Shown: positions 28,292-42,397 of the stretch, in pieces
How positions within the stretch are numbered: position 1 is the stretch's first letter
How the letters are laid out: each line of letters starts with the position of its first letter
DNA from: the human T2T-CHM13v2.0 reference genome, Homo sapiens
Length of the DNA: 64,000 bases
NCBI RefSeq assembly: GCF_009914755.1
Contig: NC_060933.1
Reading direction: 5' to 3' (one strand)
Position numbers and translations under genes: made by a program
The notes under the pieces: model-generated
What the model was told of the DNA's origin: nothing
Seen by the model: only the letters and a program-made list of their open reading frames with translations
Databases searched by the model: none

Positions 28292-29619
28292 TCAATAACT
28301 TGGTTGTTTTAACACCAAAAATCTGGGAATCATTAGGATAAGTGATTAAAATTAACTTGCTTTTTTAAAAAAAGCAATTAAACTTCAAACATATTTAAGA
28401 TACTTATAAATTAAACACAAATTTCAGTGTAGAAATTCTGCAATACATATTGCAGCAATAAGAGTCCTGTCCAAGAGATGTTTCCTAGCATCTGTGTAGC
28501 TGGCATCCAGAACTGGATTCTCTCCACCTCTATCAATTTTCAACAGATAGGCACTCAGCAACATTTCTAAGTACACTGGTTCACGTCTTTGCTCTACCCA
28601 TAGAAATTTCATTTCATTTGTCTTGTCTGAAAATACATGCATACAAATATGCAACGATCATTGATCAACCCTTAGTACCAGCTAAATAATCCCACAAGAG
28701 CTGGATGGCTGTTGAAGTTAATGAGCTGGGTTACAACTTCTTGGAACAATTCATGCTAGGCTCCAAGAGTGTTTCCAGTTATGAGGAAACAGGGTGGGAC
28801 TCCTAGTCCAATATTACAAAAGAGATTTCAAGAGTTCGCAATCTTTGGCCTAAATTTCCCTTTGGTAGCCTTGGTTCAACAGTAGGTAGCATATAATCCC
28901 TATAGAGACTTATCTAATAAATATTAAAAGCATATACCATTTATGCAAAATGTGTGGTCAAGTCACAAAGTCTGTCCTTCAGCTGAATAAAATATCCAAG
29001 GGTCTCATTCTAAAAGTGGAAATACTTAATAATTTTCATTTGATCTTCAGATATATCCCTCAGTCTACTGAAAAACTATTAACAAACAGAACAACTAATC
29101 CCTCCCCAAATCTCTGTAGACCTTTGGTCATCTCTTTGAAATTAATTCTGAAAAACTGGATATTCTTAGTTTACATTAGAAAATTCCTTCTTCAGAAACA
29201 GTGTATAGCATACCTTGGGTGAGGATAAGTCTTAAGGTACAATATTTGGCCATTTTTAAGTGTGAACAGTTTCATTAATAGGAAATTGGTTAAATTGCTT
29301 AAATAAATGATAATATTTTCAGTTAAAGGAATTGTATGCTACCAATTAAAATTATGGTGTAAATGATGCTCACAATATGTAAGTAGTGAATAAAGTCAGG
29401 TTACAAAACAATATCCATAATGCAATATTGCTGAGGCTCAAAATGTCTATGTAGGCATAGAAAAATATCTCAAACATTATGTTCCAAAATGTTAATACTT
29501 TAACAGTGATTATTTTCTAAAGATGAGATAATGCTTATCTTTTTATTTTCTTCTTTATATTTTTATTACACTTTATATATATATATATATATTATGTATT
29601 CATGCTGTCATCATGTATT

Positions 29620-29621
<2 letters not shown>

Positions 29622-29655
<34 letters not shown>

Positions 29656-29818
29656 ACAGGGTCCTGCTATGTTGCCCTATTGACCAGGCTGAAGCACAGC
29701 GGCTATTCACAGGTGCAATCATAGCACACTACAGCCTTCAACTCCTGGGCTCAAGCAATCCTCTTGCCTCAGCCTCCCAAGTAGCCAGAACTACAGGTGT
29801 CTGCTACTGCACCTGGCA
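29622..29818 (-). mobile_element. FAM (fossil Alu monomer)
   Basis: Retains the 7SL-derived GGCTATTCACAGGTGCAATCATAGCACACTACAGCC segment; long T tract. Confidence 0.8.
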
Positions 29819-30150
29819 TTTGTTGCTTTTAAAATAAGAAAACTACACAGTGATTTTTATTTTGGAGTGAAAAGAAATTGGATATTTTTAACTTATGAAA
29901 AAAGTCCATGCTCTTTCAAGACAATTTCTTTGTAAGACAGAAATTTCTTTGTTCAGAGGATCCTGTTCCTGGTGTAGGTCATCAGATATTATCAGAAAAC
30001 AGTACTTCCAGTTTCCACAGACATACTGCGAAGTGTTATGTGTGGGTGGAGAAAGGTAGTTGGAATAGAGATGGCTTATACCATGCAAAAGATCACATGC
30101 ATGGCGTAAGATATGAGAAAGTTCATATGCAAATTAGAAAGATCAAATCA

Positions 30151-30535
<385 letters not shown>

Positions 30536-31779
30536 TCAGAAAACGTCATCTGAAAAACTGGATGACTACTTGCTTGCAGTGCTGCAAAGCTCTGCTCCAA
30601 CTCACCCTACTCCACTGACTGCCAAAGTATTTCTTTTACATAATATAGTGGAAAAATCACGTTATGCTTCACATCTAAAATGTCACCACCAAGTATTCAT
30701 TTGAGGTATCAATATCTTCTTTTAAAACACAACACCCCTCCACCCCAAAGGGTCAAGGAGCTACGAGAATGTGATGGGTGTTCATGTATTCACACTCTAG
30801 AGTCTATTCAAATCAGTTTAACCAAATTCTTTGTTTCAAACTCACATTCTAAGGTGTCATTGAAAAGTGTAGGAAGGAGAGCTAGCAGGGAAGGAAAGGC
30901 CATTGAAAATGCTTCGGTGGTGAACTTAGGACTGATTTTGAGCATAAGGGTATGGGGCACCCAGAAGACAGGGAGAAATGGGCCCAGTGAGATAGGACGG
31001 AGGATATAAAGGGAAATGTGGAATTAACTTTAACCGTCCTTAATTTGGTCTATCCTATCCTTATGGCTGTATTTAAACCAACCAAAGCAAAGCAGTTCAC
31101 CTGAACATTTAATTAGATTTTACTTTGATCATATACCCAGCCAGAATCATTGTCGTCAAATAATTTTAACTAGAAAAGAGTAGACTTCTTTAGCTAATTG
31201 CCTAAGCCTGAGTACTTTCAAGCGAATCCAAGGCAACGAGTTAAAACGTGAAAAAAAACCCTCACAACCTTTTCCTGGGATGGGAGGAAAGGAGGCCCAC
31301 ACCATGCCAAATAATTGGCTTGACTAGATTTTTCCCGCCTGAGATGACCCACAGCTTGGGGGTCATAAAGACACTGCCTCTCTGTTTCTTTCCTGTATTC
31401 AGAGAAGGAACGTTCCATTCCACGCAATTCATGAATTTTAAAAACCATGAACCTTCCTTCACATTCTGGAGGAACACAAACGTTTTCCTGTAAGAGAGCT
31501 GTTTTGAGCATAAATGCTCAAGTGATTGCGATGGCGACGAGGAGAGGCCTTTTCAGACTGTCTTTGTTCTGAGCTGGCTGGAGGCTCCAGGCCTAGGAGT
31601 GCCAGTAAGTTCTGGACATATGGTTGGGCACAGAGAGCAGGGACTGAATTTACCAACCACCAACTGCCATAACGGTCTTGTCACTGGAAAATGGCCAAAC
31701 AGTTGAGCCAACTGCCAATGCCACCATGTTGTCAGGAGACAATGGGCCAGAGGAAAATTACAGGCTCGTGGAAGACCAC

Positions 31780-31798
31780 TAGCTCCCTCTTGTGGTCG
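31780..31798 (-). promoter_or_regulatory. CTCF-like motif
   Basis: Reverse complement CGACCACAAGAGGGAGCTA. Confidence 0.55.
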
Positions 31799-31899
31799 AG
31801 CACAATGGCTAAATTTCTGCCACTTTCCAGCAGAAAGACATCCATCCCTGAATTCCGTGAATGAAGGATGAGGATGCTTCCTAAAGCAATCCTATCAGC

Positions 31900-32630
31900 C
31901 TATTTGAATAGCAGCCTTTATCTATACCTTTCCAGAGAGCTAATATTAAAACCCTTCTAATTTCAATGACAAAAATCATATTACTCAAACTCAAAGCTCT
32001 CCAATGATCCTCCACTGCCTTTGAAATCAACTTCCTAAATCATTATCATGGCTTGTAAGCCGCCGACGGCATATACCCTGCCCACTCTCCAGCTTCATCA
32101 GTTGCCACTCTCCCTCTCGCTTTACATTTGCTGAACTCTCTCCCTTCAGCATTTTCACACTTGATTGCTGCCCCTGTTTGGGATAACTGTGACTTCCCTT
32201 CCCCACTTTCACCCCATCTAATCTGTCTAAGTCTTACATATCCTTTAGGATTCAAGTGAAACACCATCACCTTCCGGAGGCCTTCCTTGATCCCCTAAAC
32301 TAGGTCTTCCTGCTTGATCCCCCTGGGCCTCCTGAATTTCCTTAGCTAACCACTCATAACACTCCATCTTAATTGCTTATTTAATGCTTATCTTCCCCTT
32401 TTAAAAATGTTCTCTGTAGCTTGAACCCGGAATGTGGAAGTAGCAGTGAGCCAAGATCATGCCACTGCACTCCAGCCCGGGCAACAGAGCGAGACTCCAT
32501 CTCAAAAAAAAAAAAAAAAAAAAAAAAAAGTTCTCTATGTGAGCAGATACTCTGTCATTCTGTCATTTACCTCCTTATCCACACCTAACACAAGTACTAT
32601 ACATATTTATTGAGAGAATACATTTGAAGA
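31900..32630 (+). mobile_element. L2 3' fragments, interrupted by an Alu fragment
   Basis: AAAGCTCTCCAATG..CATCACCTTCCGGAGGCCTTCCTTGA..ACATATTTATTGA. Confidence 0.6.
32419..32529 (+). mobile_element. 5'-truncated Alu right arm
   Basis: GCTTGAACCCGG..ACTCCATCTC plus a long poly(A); GTTCTCT on both flanks. Confidence 0.9.
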
Positions 32631-32664
32631 AGTAGCAAATTCTAGAATGGAAAAAAAAGAAGAG

Positions 32665-32910
32665 ACATTTATTATATGCCAAATATGGGCCAGGTTTTAG
32701 GCTAGGTACTCACACATCTACCAATTCATGTAATCTTCATTTAATACAACGAGGGAAAATGTTATTATCTTCAATTTTATAGTGAGGAAAGTTAAGTTCA
32801 GAGAGGTTTGTGTAGCTTGGCCAAACCTATAAGAAAGAACATGTCAAATCCAGAATTTGCAACCAAGTGTAATTCCAAAGCCCCTGGACTTTCTACTGTA
32901 TGATGTTTCC
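32665..32910 (-). mobile_element. MIR SINE
   Basis: ATTTTATAGTGAGGAAAGTTAAGTTCAGAGAGGTT. Confidence 0.7.
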
Positions 32911-33152
32911 TCTTAGGTAGCCCAAGTTAACCAGTCAATTCTTGCTTATTCATGTCAATGAACGTATCACATGGCATGACTATTCTCAAATAATGAATAA
33001 TCCTAAAATCACTTATATCAGCTTTTAAGTGGTGTTTTTATCCTTACGTTTTAAAAAGGACTTCTTTTAATGTTCTCAGTATCTCCAAAGAAAATAACTA
33101 AGTCATCCTGGAAAGCCCTTACTATGGAGCTTTCTCAGCCAGAAGGCAATAG

Positions 33153-33520
<368 letters not shown>

Positions 33521-34399
33521 TGCACAAGACCCCTCTTCTTAAGCCAAGCACTGGCCAAAACCTAATGGATGACTTTGACGAAGCCACTTCGTGCCTCTGA
33601 ACCTTGGCTCCTCAGCTTTAAGAAGAGGAGGATAGTAGCATGCACTGGAGTCGGTTTTGAAGGACCCCTCTTGCTCTTAAATTCTCTCGTTCTAATTCAA
33701 AGTGGAATTGGTGTCTAAGAACTTGCTGGTTTATACTTGAAGCAAGGTGGCAATTTTGGTATTAAAAGACCTCTTCAAAGCTCTTCAATGAGAATAATCT
33801 AAACCTGGTTTATGTTAACCAAGGGCTTAATTAAACAGAACAAACAATGGGAAAAAGAATGATGTTTTCTTTTTTCCTGAAAATTTTCTCCATTTCTCTA
33901 TTTCTAAATGTAGAGAAATAGACTCAGAATTTTAATCAGACCACAAGTACTTAGATGCTTTCTTATTATGTATCTCTTTGAAAATCAGCTTCACCTTGGA
34001 ATTTTTGCACATTATTAAGACTAGTATCTCCGCCAGACCTTGAGGTCCTCCCATTTTAATAATGTCTGATGGATTACTCAGCCACCATTCTAGATCTTCC
34101 GAAGAAGTGTTCCCAAAGATGTTTTAAGAATCCTAGGAAGGGAAGCTTTCTAACCTAATTCTTTTCTGGATATGAGCATCCACTTTGCTCTCTGACATGG
34201 AATAAGAATATTTAACCTGCCTGATTCTCTCATCTGTAAAATAAGAACAATAATACCAATTCTAGTGCTGTCAGAAGAATTGATTGCAAAATGTTGATGC
34301 ATGCACTGCTCCAAGGGTAGGTTTCTGTTATATAGTTTCTAGGACTTCTACCTGTAAGTTCCACCATATGATCAAAATTGTCTTGAGAGAACATGGTGC

Positions 34400-34600
34400 C
34401 ACAGGAAGAACATTAGCCTGAGAGTCAGAAGACTCAGGTGTAGTCCTGGCTCTGATACACCCTCCCCTGGCTGTAGGCCCTTGTGCAAGCAGTTATCCCT
34501 CTTAGCCCTCCATTCCTCACATGCACATGGAGGATTATGATATAACAATGGCGTGATGGTCAAATGTGATTATTGGAAGACTTGGCTTTGAAGATCACTG
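34400..34600 (+). mobile_element. MIR SINE
   Basis: GAGTCAGAAGAC..TAGTCCTGGCTCTG..GGCTGT..CCTTGTGCAAG. Confidence 0.65.
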
Positions 34601-34779
34601 ACTATCAGAATCCCAAAGGACCTTGACAAGTTGGAACCATGAACTAGATCTAAAAAGAGTCTATCTAATAGAGATAAAATCCTATGTTCATGGCCAAAAA
34701 AAATAAACAGTTAAAAAGGAAGCATGCAATTGCAGGACGTGGTGAATGGAGAGATAGCAAAAGGAATTCAAGAGAATCA

Positions 34780-35095
34780 GGCTTGGCAAGGTGGCTCATG
34801 CCCATAATCCCAGCATTTTGGGAGGCCGAGGCAGGCAGATCACTTGAATTCAGGAGTTCGAGACCAGCCTGGCCAAAATGGTGAAACTCCGTCTGTACTA
34901 AAAATACAAAAATTAGCCGGGCCTGGTGGCGCATGCCTGTTATCCCAGCTACTCAGGAGGCTGAGGCAGGAGAATCACTTGAACCCAGGAGGTGGAGGTT
35001 GCAGTCATCCAAGACTGCACTCCAGCCTAGGCGACAGAGCAAGACTCCATCTCAAAAAAAAAAAAAAAAAAAACAACCAAAAAACAAAAAACAAT
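34780..35095 (+). mobile_element. AluSx-like
   Basis: Alu dimer with A/AAC tail. Confidence 0.93.
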
Positions 35096-37054
35096 ATAAC
35101 CAAAAGTTCAAATTGTCCTGGGTTTCTGGATCAGTGGGGCCCTCCCCTTCCATGTGACAGTCTTCAGATGAGTGAGCAGCATCACTTCCTCAGACTCCTC
35201 CAGGACAGCAGCCCTGCTCCTCCTACCCTTCCCTGAGAGCCATGGGGTGTTGCCTTGTCTCTAGCCCAGTGTTGCGTGTTTCTTGGGTTCTCGTTAGATT
35301 TTCAGCTGTAAATATAGGACTTCATCTCACTTAGTTAAATCTCCTTAAGTTTGGTTCCTTTCCTTCATTATTCCAAATTGTCAAGACCTTTGAGGATTTG
35401 GATTTGATCACACCCTCTTTTTCTCTGGATCATGATAGATCTGAAACTGTGCCTCGTGTGGAAGGACAGAAGAACGGAAGCTGCATAATATCAGGATTTC
35501 TAAATATTAAACATGCTATATTTAATATGTATTTAATATACATAATAGAGTGTATTTTATATTCTGTAATAAATAAAATATATTATTTTTAATTAATTAA
35601 ATTTAGCGTAGTATTATATCCTTTCATTCAATTGAAGTATGAAGTTCACCCATTCTCAACGTACATTGGAAATTCAAAAGAAAACAGCAGACCTGCTCCT
35701 GCTTCCAGAAACACTCAAAATAAAGACATATGAATATATAGGAACCACAAATTAGTGAAACCTCAGAAGGTAAAAGATATCATAACGCCTTCAAAATAGC
35801 ATAAAAGACTCCTATTTTTGTAAATTAAGAAGGAAAATTGCAAAGATTAAGCTACTGAAGATGTGAGCCCTCAAATGTTAACAGTGACCTGGGTTGGGTA
35901 GAATTATACTTTCCTTGGCTTTTTCATTTTATTCACTTGTATTGTCTAAAATTCTAATTTTTGTAATAAGAAAAAAATATAATTTTTTGGTTCTTTTTAA
36001 AAATGCATGCATAAACCATTTGGTCAGGCCTGGTTACTAGGCTTGGCAGCTCCTCTGTTCCTCACAAAGGGAAACACAATTTCCATCGGCTGATTCAGCG
36101 CTTGCTCAGGACAAATCCTGGCTGACTGGGACAGGAGGCATTTAAGTAACCATAGTGCACTGTAGGGAAATAGGCATGGCTGAGTCAGTCCCTCTTATGG
36201 GCTGTCCCCGAAGGCCCACTCCACTTCTTCCACTGGATATGACCTCAGTCGTCCTAAGCCCCAGGCTCCTCCTCCCCATAAGTGCTAAGCCTTTCCTTTG
36301 AACTTCTGTATGTGGCCTGTGTTGCTCTGCAAACTCCTTTACTCGAAGGTTGGAGTCTTGTTCACAAATCCTGGCCCAGTAACAGCAGTTCAGATGGTTT
36401 TCGCTGCCTAGACTTGCCAATGGGGACACCCTACCACCCCTAACCCCCAGCCTGTGCCCCTCCTTGCTGATCTCTCACTGGGATCCACTAGGTATAGGAC
36501 TACCACTACAACCTTTCAACTGGCCTCTGCCCCCTGCCTCATCTCTCTCACTACTCACTACTCCATTGTGGCAAAAGTCATCTTTGCAAAACAGAAATTA
36601 CACCACGTTACTTCTCTTAGGCTTTAAAGTGGGTCCCCATCTCCTACAAAATGAATTTAAAATCCTTAGCCTGGCTCCAGTCGCCCTGAAGATCTGAACT
36701 TTTGCTTCAAAGATAGAGGCCACTTCTTAGTTCTTTTGAATATCACACAATAAACGCATCCAGAATTGAACTGTGTCCTCCCACCTACTTCGATGCTCAG
36801 CTCTGCCTGTCTGCTCACCCCTTCTCTGGCCATAAATGCACCTGGGTTTTTGTCAGCCCCCTTCTGGTCCAGCCTCCATGAATAGGTCTGGTCTTGGGTC
36901 TTGCCCCCTCCTCTCCTGTGGGATCCCTGTTATTTTGAAGATATGACTGAGTAACTGCTATTGAACCAGTTCTGCTTATGCTGTGAAGGGTGGCCGAAGT
37001 GTCCTGAGGCAGGAGGAATTAGTCTAGAAAGAATTCCAGATGAAGAAAGAGAGA

Positions 37055-37175
37055 GTGCTAGTTTCATCATGTATGTACCACCCGTGCAGTTGCCAGGACC
37101 CCGTGCTCAGATGGGCTTGGTTTAATGCTTTGCTGTTGCCATCTTGAAACTTTTAATAACTTTATTTTTTAACCA
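37055..37175 (+). mobile_element. MER45-like MITE, 5' half
   Basis: GTGCAGTTGCCAGGACCCCGTGCTCAGA..GCTTGGTTTAATGCTTTGCTGTTGCCATCTTGAAA. Confidence 0.65.
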
Positions 37176-37178
37176 GGT

Positions 37179-37415
37179 TGTATTAATCATTGATTTTATT
37201 TTCTGTATTTGATGGTGCTTTGACATCTTGGGGCTTTGTGGATCTGGGGTGGTACTGCCCCTCCCATGGTTAGCTAATTCCTAGAGATAGCAAACATCAA
37301 CTTGCCTGTAAGCATGTCTTCAACATGCAAACCAACCAGTCCAGAGTCGATACTTCAAATCACCTCCTCTATCTGGCTTTTACACTTCAGGAGGCAATAC
37401 TCCTCTGCACAGTGA
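37179..37415 (+). mobile_element. MER74-like ERVL LTR, 5' part
   Basis: TGTATTAATC..TTTGACATCTTGGGGC..CTGCCCCTCCC..CTAATTCCTAGAGATAGCAAAC. Confidence 0.6.
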
Positions 37416-38164
37416 CCCTCCAATAAAAAAAAAAAAAAAAAATCACACAGCGCGTGCACCTAAATTCTAACTTAAGGAATTTGCGTCAAATTTAAGACTT
37501 TCTAAATTTAACTAATCTTAGGGACCGATGACCAAACGGAGAAAGTCTTGTGGCTTGGGGAGACCCAGATCTGCTTAAATACATGATTTTCCTAAAGACT
37601 CCTAAAAATAGAATCAAGGGAAGATGCTATGAAGTTATGATAGCTCATCTAACTTTTGAAGGAATCTTGTGCTATTATCCTTATTTCACCTACGTTCTCA
37701 CCTCCTGCCACTTTGGCAGGTATTACCCTAAGCAATGATAGGGACTCCACCATTCTTCCCCAGCCTCTAATGGGCAGTGACTTCTCAGGAACAAGGAGAA
37801 CGGCTGATATTTCTATCTACCTCAGGGCCTTGTGCAGTGATTGGTACTAGTAGGTACTGCACAGAAGTTTGCAGAAAGCAAAAATGTACCATAAAGAAAA
37901 ACACAAGTTGGAATATTAAATGGCCTATCTCAGAACTAGGGATAACCCCCAGAAAAGTGGCTTCCCTGTTTCCTAAGTTCCAAGCACAGAAAAATACGGG
38001 CTTTTGTGATTTCCCCATCTCAAAATGATGCTTACTTATATAAAACTGAACTTTCCTGATAGTACCTGGTGTACCTAGAATGCCATTCTCAGACATCACT
38101 GATCACGCATGCATTAAGGCAGAGTATGAGCAGTTAACAGCTTCCAGGTCCCCTTCACCTAAAT

Positions 38165-38345
38165 CAGTAGTTTCCCATCCTGGCTGTATTTCAGAATCAC
38201 CTGGGGGAAATTGGGAAATCTCAAGATTCACTGAAGAACTACTAATTCAGAATCTGGGAGTAGTAGGGGATGCGGATGGGAGGTTAAATCCTTTCCACAT
38301 GGTTCTGATAGAGTTGATCCACATCCAGCATTGGGGAACAAACTG
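38165..38345. mobile_element. MER5-like MITE
   Basis: CAGTAGTTTCCCATCCTGGCTGTATTTCAGAATCACCTGGGG. Confidence 0.65.
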
Positions 38346-38534
38346 CTCTGGGGGGAAAAACTGTTGAAGCTGCACGTATTTCTGGGACCACTCAATTTAC
38401 ACCAATAATCAATTTGAAATATTTAAATACGATGCAAACTCCCTGGCCAAGTTATCCTTTTGGGAGCTAAAAAAATACTTCCTAACACTTAGAAATTAAT
38501 GAGTTTTTGTTATCTAGGGGAAAACATAATTTTC

Positions 38535-38834
38535 TTTTCTTTTTTTTTTTTTTTGAGACGGAGTCTTGCTCTTGTCGCCCAGGCTGTAGTGCAATGGCAC
38601 GATCTCAGCTCATGCAACCTCCACCTCCTGGGTTCAAGCAATTCTCCTGCCTCAGTCTCCCGAGTAGCTGGGATTACAGATGCGCACAACCACGCCCAGT
38701 TAATTTTTGTATTTTTAGTAGAGACGGGGTTTTACCATGTTGGCTAGGCTGGTCTCAAATTCCTGACCTCGTGATCTGCCTGCCTCGGCCTCCCACAGTG
38801 CTGGGATTACAGGTGTGAGCCACCGCGCCTGGCC
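38535..38834 (-). mobile_element. AluS
   Basis: Dimer; TSD GAAAA(CA/TG)TAATTTTC. Confidence 0.95.
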
Positions 38835-40406
38835 GAAAATGTAATTTTCAAACTGTGACTATTGAACAATTTACTTCATACATGGGCACCTTTTTAACAG
38901 TTACATTTCACATCTTGCAACGAATGGAATAGGTAATGGTGATGCTTTTGGGGGATACACGAAATCTGTCCACCTGTATTCCTCTATTTAATTTTGCTAC
39001 TGAAGGGCAGAGAAGGACCTGCTTGTTGAAACTGCTTCAGTGATACTGCCTTCTAATTGGATGCCAGCACCATCAGGTATTTCTCCTCCAAGAGAAGTTA
39101 CAAAATGAATTAGAACAACTCCCCTTCTCTGAAGCAATGGCTGTTATGGGCTAAATCCTCTATATCTTACTCCCTGCTTTATCTATCCCTGCAAAGGAAA
39201 AAGATGGAAAGGGCTGCTGTGGATACTTTTGACTGTTCTCCGGGCTCCTTGCTATCTTGAAACTTCCACCTTATAGCATATTTCAAAAGAACCAATATTG
39301 GGTCTAATATGGATAGGATTTCCAACTAATTATTGGCCAGTCTCTAAAAGAGCCCCTCACACAGGCTCAGCCTGAAGCCCTTAAGATGCCCTTAAGCCTG
39401 TCCAGGCAAAGCTCACACATGGCGGCTGTCTCTCTCACATCCCTTTCTTGGGGAACTATTCCCCCTTCCTCCTCTGTGTGGTTCCGACAAGGCTGTCAAT
39501 CAGGGCATCTTGTCTTCTCCACCAGGAGGAAGAGAATGAGACCTAAGTTGGCAGCAAAGCCCTCTCATCTTCTAGATGAATGATCACATACATAAAGCAG
39601 GCTTATAATAAAAAATGTATACAAGACTCAAACGTCCAAGAAAGTCAATTAGCTACACTCGGAGAGAACCACAGTCACTTATTTATTGCACGCATCTGCC
39701 ATCAACACACATGCACATATGTGCACACAATTGAATATACTATTTTGCCATCCATTTTTTTCCACCTGACAACTCATCTCGAGCATTTTTCTATGTGGTG
39801 AAATATTATTCTGCAGCTTGCTATTTACAATTTGCAACAGTTTGCCGCTAGATGATTATTTCACCCCCCCACTGTTGGACATTTGTGTTGTTTCTAACTT
39901 TTCACTATTATTATAAAATGATGCTTTGATTGCTCTCTGCTTGATCTTAAATGCAAATCCTATCTTATCCTGACAGAACCCACTGTTCTTAGTCATTTCC
40001 CACTTTGCAAAAATGAATTTGGAATTCTTTCAGGAGTGCTGACCTCCTATAATCAGCCTCGTTCAAAAGAGGTTTGAAGGGAAGGGGAGTTACAATCAAG
40101 TCTAATGAACTCCCAACATCAGAATGACAAATATCTCCTTCAGTAGAAGTAAAGGAGATCACAAAGTTCTCGTGGAACAAACAGAACTTTGGCTTTTTTC
40201 AGGTTGAGAGTGTGGGTACAGAGAGAAAAGGGATATATCAAATTATAGTATATACAAGTTTCCTTTATACCTTTAATGAAGGATGAAAACAATTTGCGAC
40301 TGTTTTATAATATAAATGTAAGGTTTCTTCTGTGTTTGTGCTACATTGAAGATTAATCTTTCTGAAGATGTTTTCAGCTGACTGATGCTCTCTCTAGGTT
40401 GTGCAA

Positions 40407-40425
40407 TGGTACCATCTTGTGGCTA
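40407..40425 (-). promoter_or_regulatory. CTCF-like motif (weaker)
   Basis: Reverse complement TAGCCACAAGATGGTACCA. Confidence 0.35.
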
Positions 40426-41873
40426 ACAAAAGATAATCCACAGACACATGGCTTTATAATGTGTAAGGATGTAAAAAGTAACAACTAAGTAGAACTACAC
40501 GTCCCTCCTTATGGAATGTTTGCTTCTACAGTCATAAAACATGCTCATCATTGTCTAGTGGCTTTTTAAAATATGTGCACATAAAACAAATGTTAAGAGT
40601 ATTTCCTGTTGCCAACCAATAACAGTCAGTGCGAGTGGGAAAGTTTTAGAACCTTCTAAAACACTAGTACTTGACAGAAAACATGGTTGTGTGAGTCTTT
40701 AGCTCTCCTGTCGTGATAGTAAGTCATTCCTAAGAAACTTTGGAATAGTACAAAGATCACAAGAGCAGGCATTAGAATAACCAGTTTCTAGTGCCAGCTA
40801 CACGTTTCATTGGCTCACTTAACTTCTCAGTCTTTGTTCATCTGTAAAAGAAAGAGAGTCCCTGAGCTGTGAGCTTCACAGGAATGCTGAGGTCACATAT
40901 GAGACATATGCTGAATTCTGCTGAAACACCAGACAAAATATAAAGCCTTATGATCGTTCAGAACAGTTGGGTTAGCAATCTGGATTGAAAAAAAGTTGGG
41001 GTGGGGTTTGGTGTGCGCTCCTTCAAAGTTCTCAGGCATGACTCTGGTGGAGAGATTGTCCCTGAAGCAGAGACAAATGGTTCCTTTCAGGGGAAGATGT
41101 TAGGAAGGAAACAGGTTGGTGGGGAAAACTTACGAAAGAAAAACTAATTCATCTTTTCAGGTGTCAAGAATTTAAAGCATTAGGAGTATCCAAGGAGAGA
41201 TTTCAGAGGCTGAAGATTGTTTTTCCTGGGGAGAGCCTTTGAAAAAACAATGGAAGACATTATTCAGTTTAAAAAGTAGAATCTATATGAAATGTAGGCC
41301 ATCTAGAATATGGCTGGTTTTACATTATTACAAGACACTAATAATATTATTGTTATATAGTATAAGATGCTATTAATATTATTTTTTCGTTATTAGACAA
41401 AGCTAGCAATAATCTGAAAGTTGCACTTGTTTAGGCAATATTTACTGAGTATTACTTTTAGTTGGGCAATGGAGGAAAAAACAGTCGTGATCTCTAACCT
41501 AAGAAGTTTTTAACGTAGTTGTAAAAAACATGCTCTTAGAAGTTCATTTAATAATATTTATAATAGCAACCAATATTAAATATTCAAAAGTACATGTCTA
41601 TAAGATTGTAAAGCATACCATGGATTACTCTGCAGCCAGTAAAACTTATGTGTATGAGGCTTAACTCCTTCATCTGGTAAATGGGTATACCACAGAACCA
41701 TTAAAAGATTAGAATGATCGTGAACATGAGAAGACTTTGGAGATAGTAAAGTAATATACAAATGCTAATTATTACCACTTATGAGGGTGTGTAGAAGCTC
41801 AATTATGAAAGTAATTTTAATGAGCATTTACTATGTGCCAGATACTATATATATATATAATTAATCCTCAGTC

Positions 41874-42212
41874 TGGGTTGCCAGGTTTAGAAAATAAAAT
41901 TACATAATGCCAGTTACATTTCAGTTTCAGATAAACAATGAACACATTTTTAGTATAAGTATATCCCAGGTGCAATTATTCAATGTTTATCAGAAATATT
42001 TCAGATACGCTGAAAACATATTCACTGTTTCTCCAAAATATTTAAAACATGTTTTTGTTTGTTTATATTTTTTTCTTTCACCCTCTCAGTCCAGCTTTTC
42101 CTGACTCTGGGAAGAACCAGGAAGAGAAGGCCTTAAAATATGTTTATACCAAAAATGTATTTATCTGAAATTGAAATTTGACTAGGCACCTGTATTTTCT
42201 CTGGCAACCCTA
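41874..42212. mobile_element. MER53-like palindromic hAT MITE with a central insertion
   Basis: TIRs GGGTTGCCAG / CTGGCAACCC; arms TTTCAGATAAA / TTTATCTGAAA. Confidence 0.75.
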
Positions 42213-42397
42213 CATCAATCCTACAAAATAGCTACAATAACTATATATATAATGAAAACAGAAAGAGAGATTCCATTTTGGTTGGTGCAATGGGAAATCA
42301 CCCACTATTCCTAATATGGACTATGTAGAGAAGGAAATCCTAAATCCAGAGGCAGAATGAGAAAGGCGCATATTATTTCTTGGTTCTTGATAGCATG

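Noticed and set aside
41140-41242. Plus-strand acceptor CTAAT..TCTTTTCAG| with a short open frame
   Set aside because: No matching strong donor; the frame closes after 26 codons with no recognisable homology
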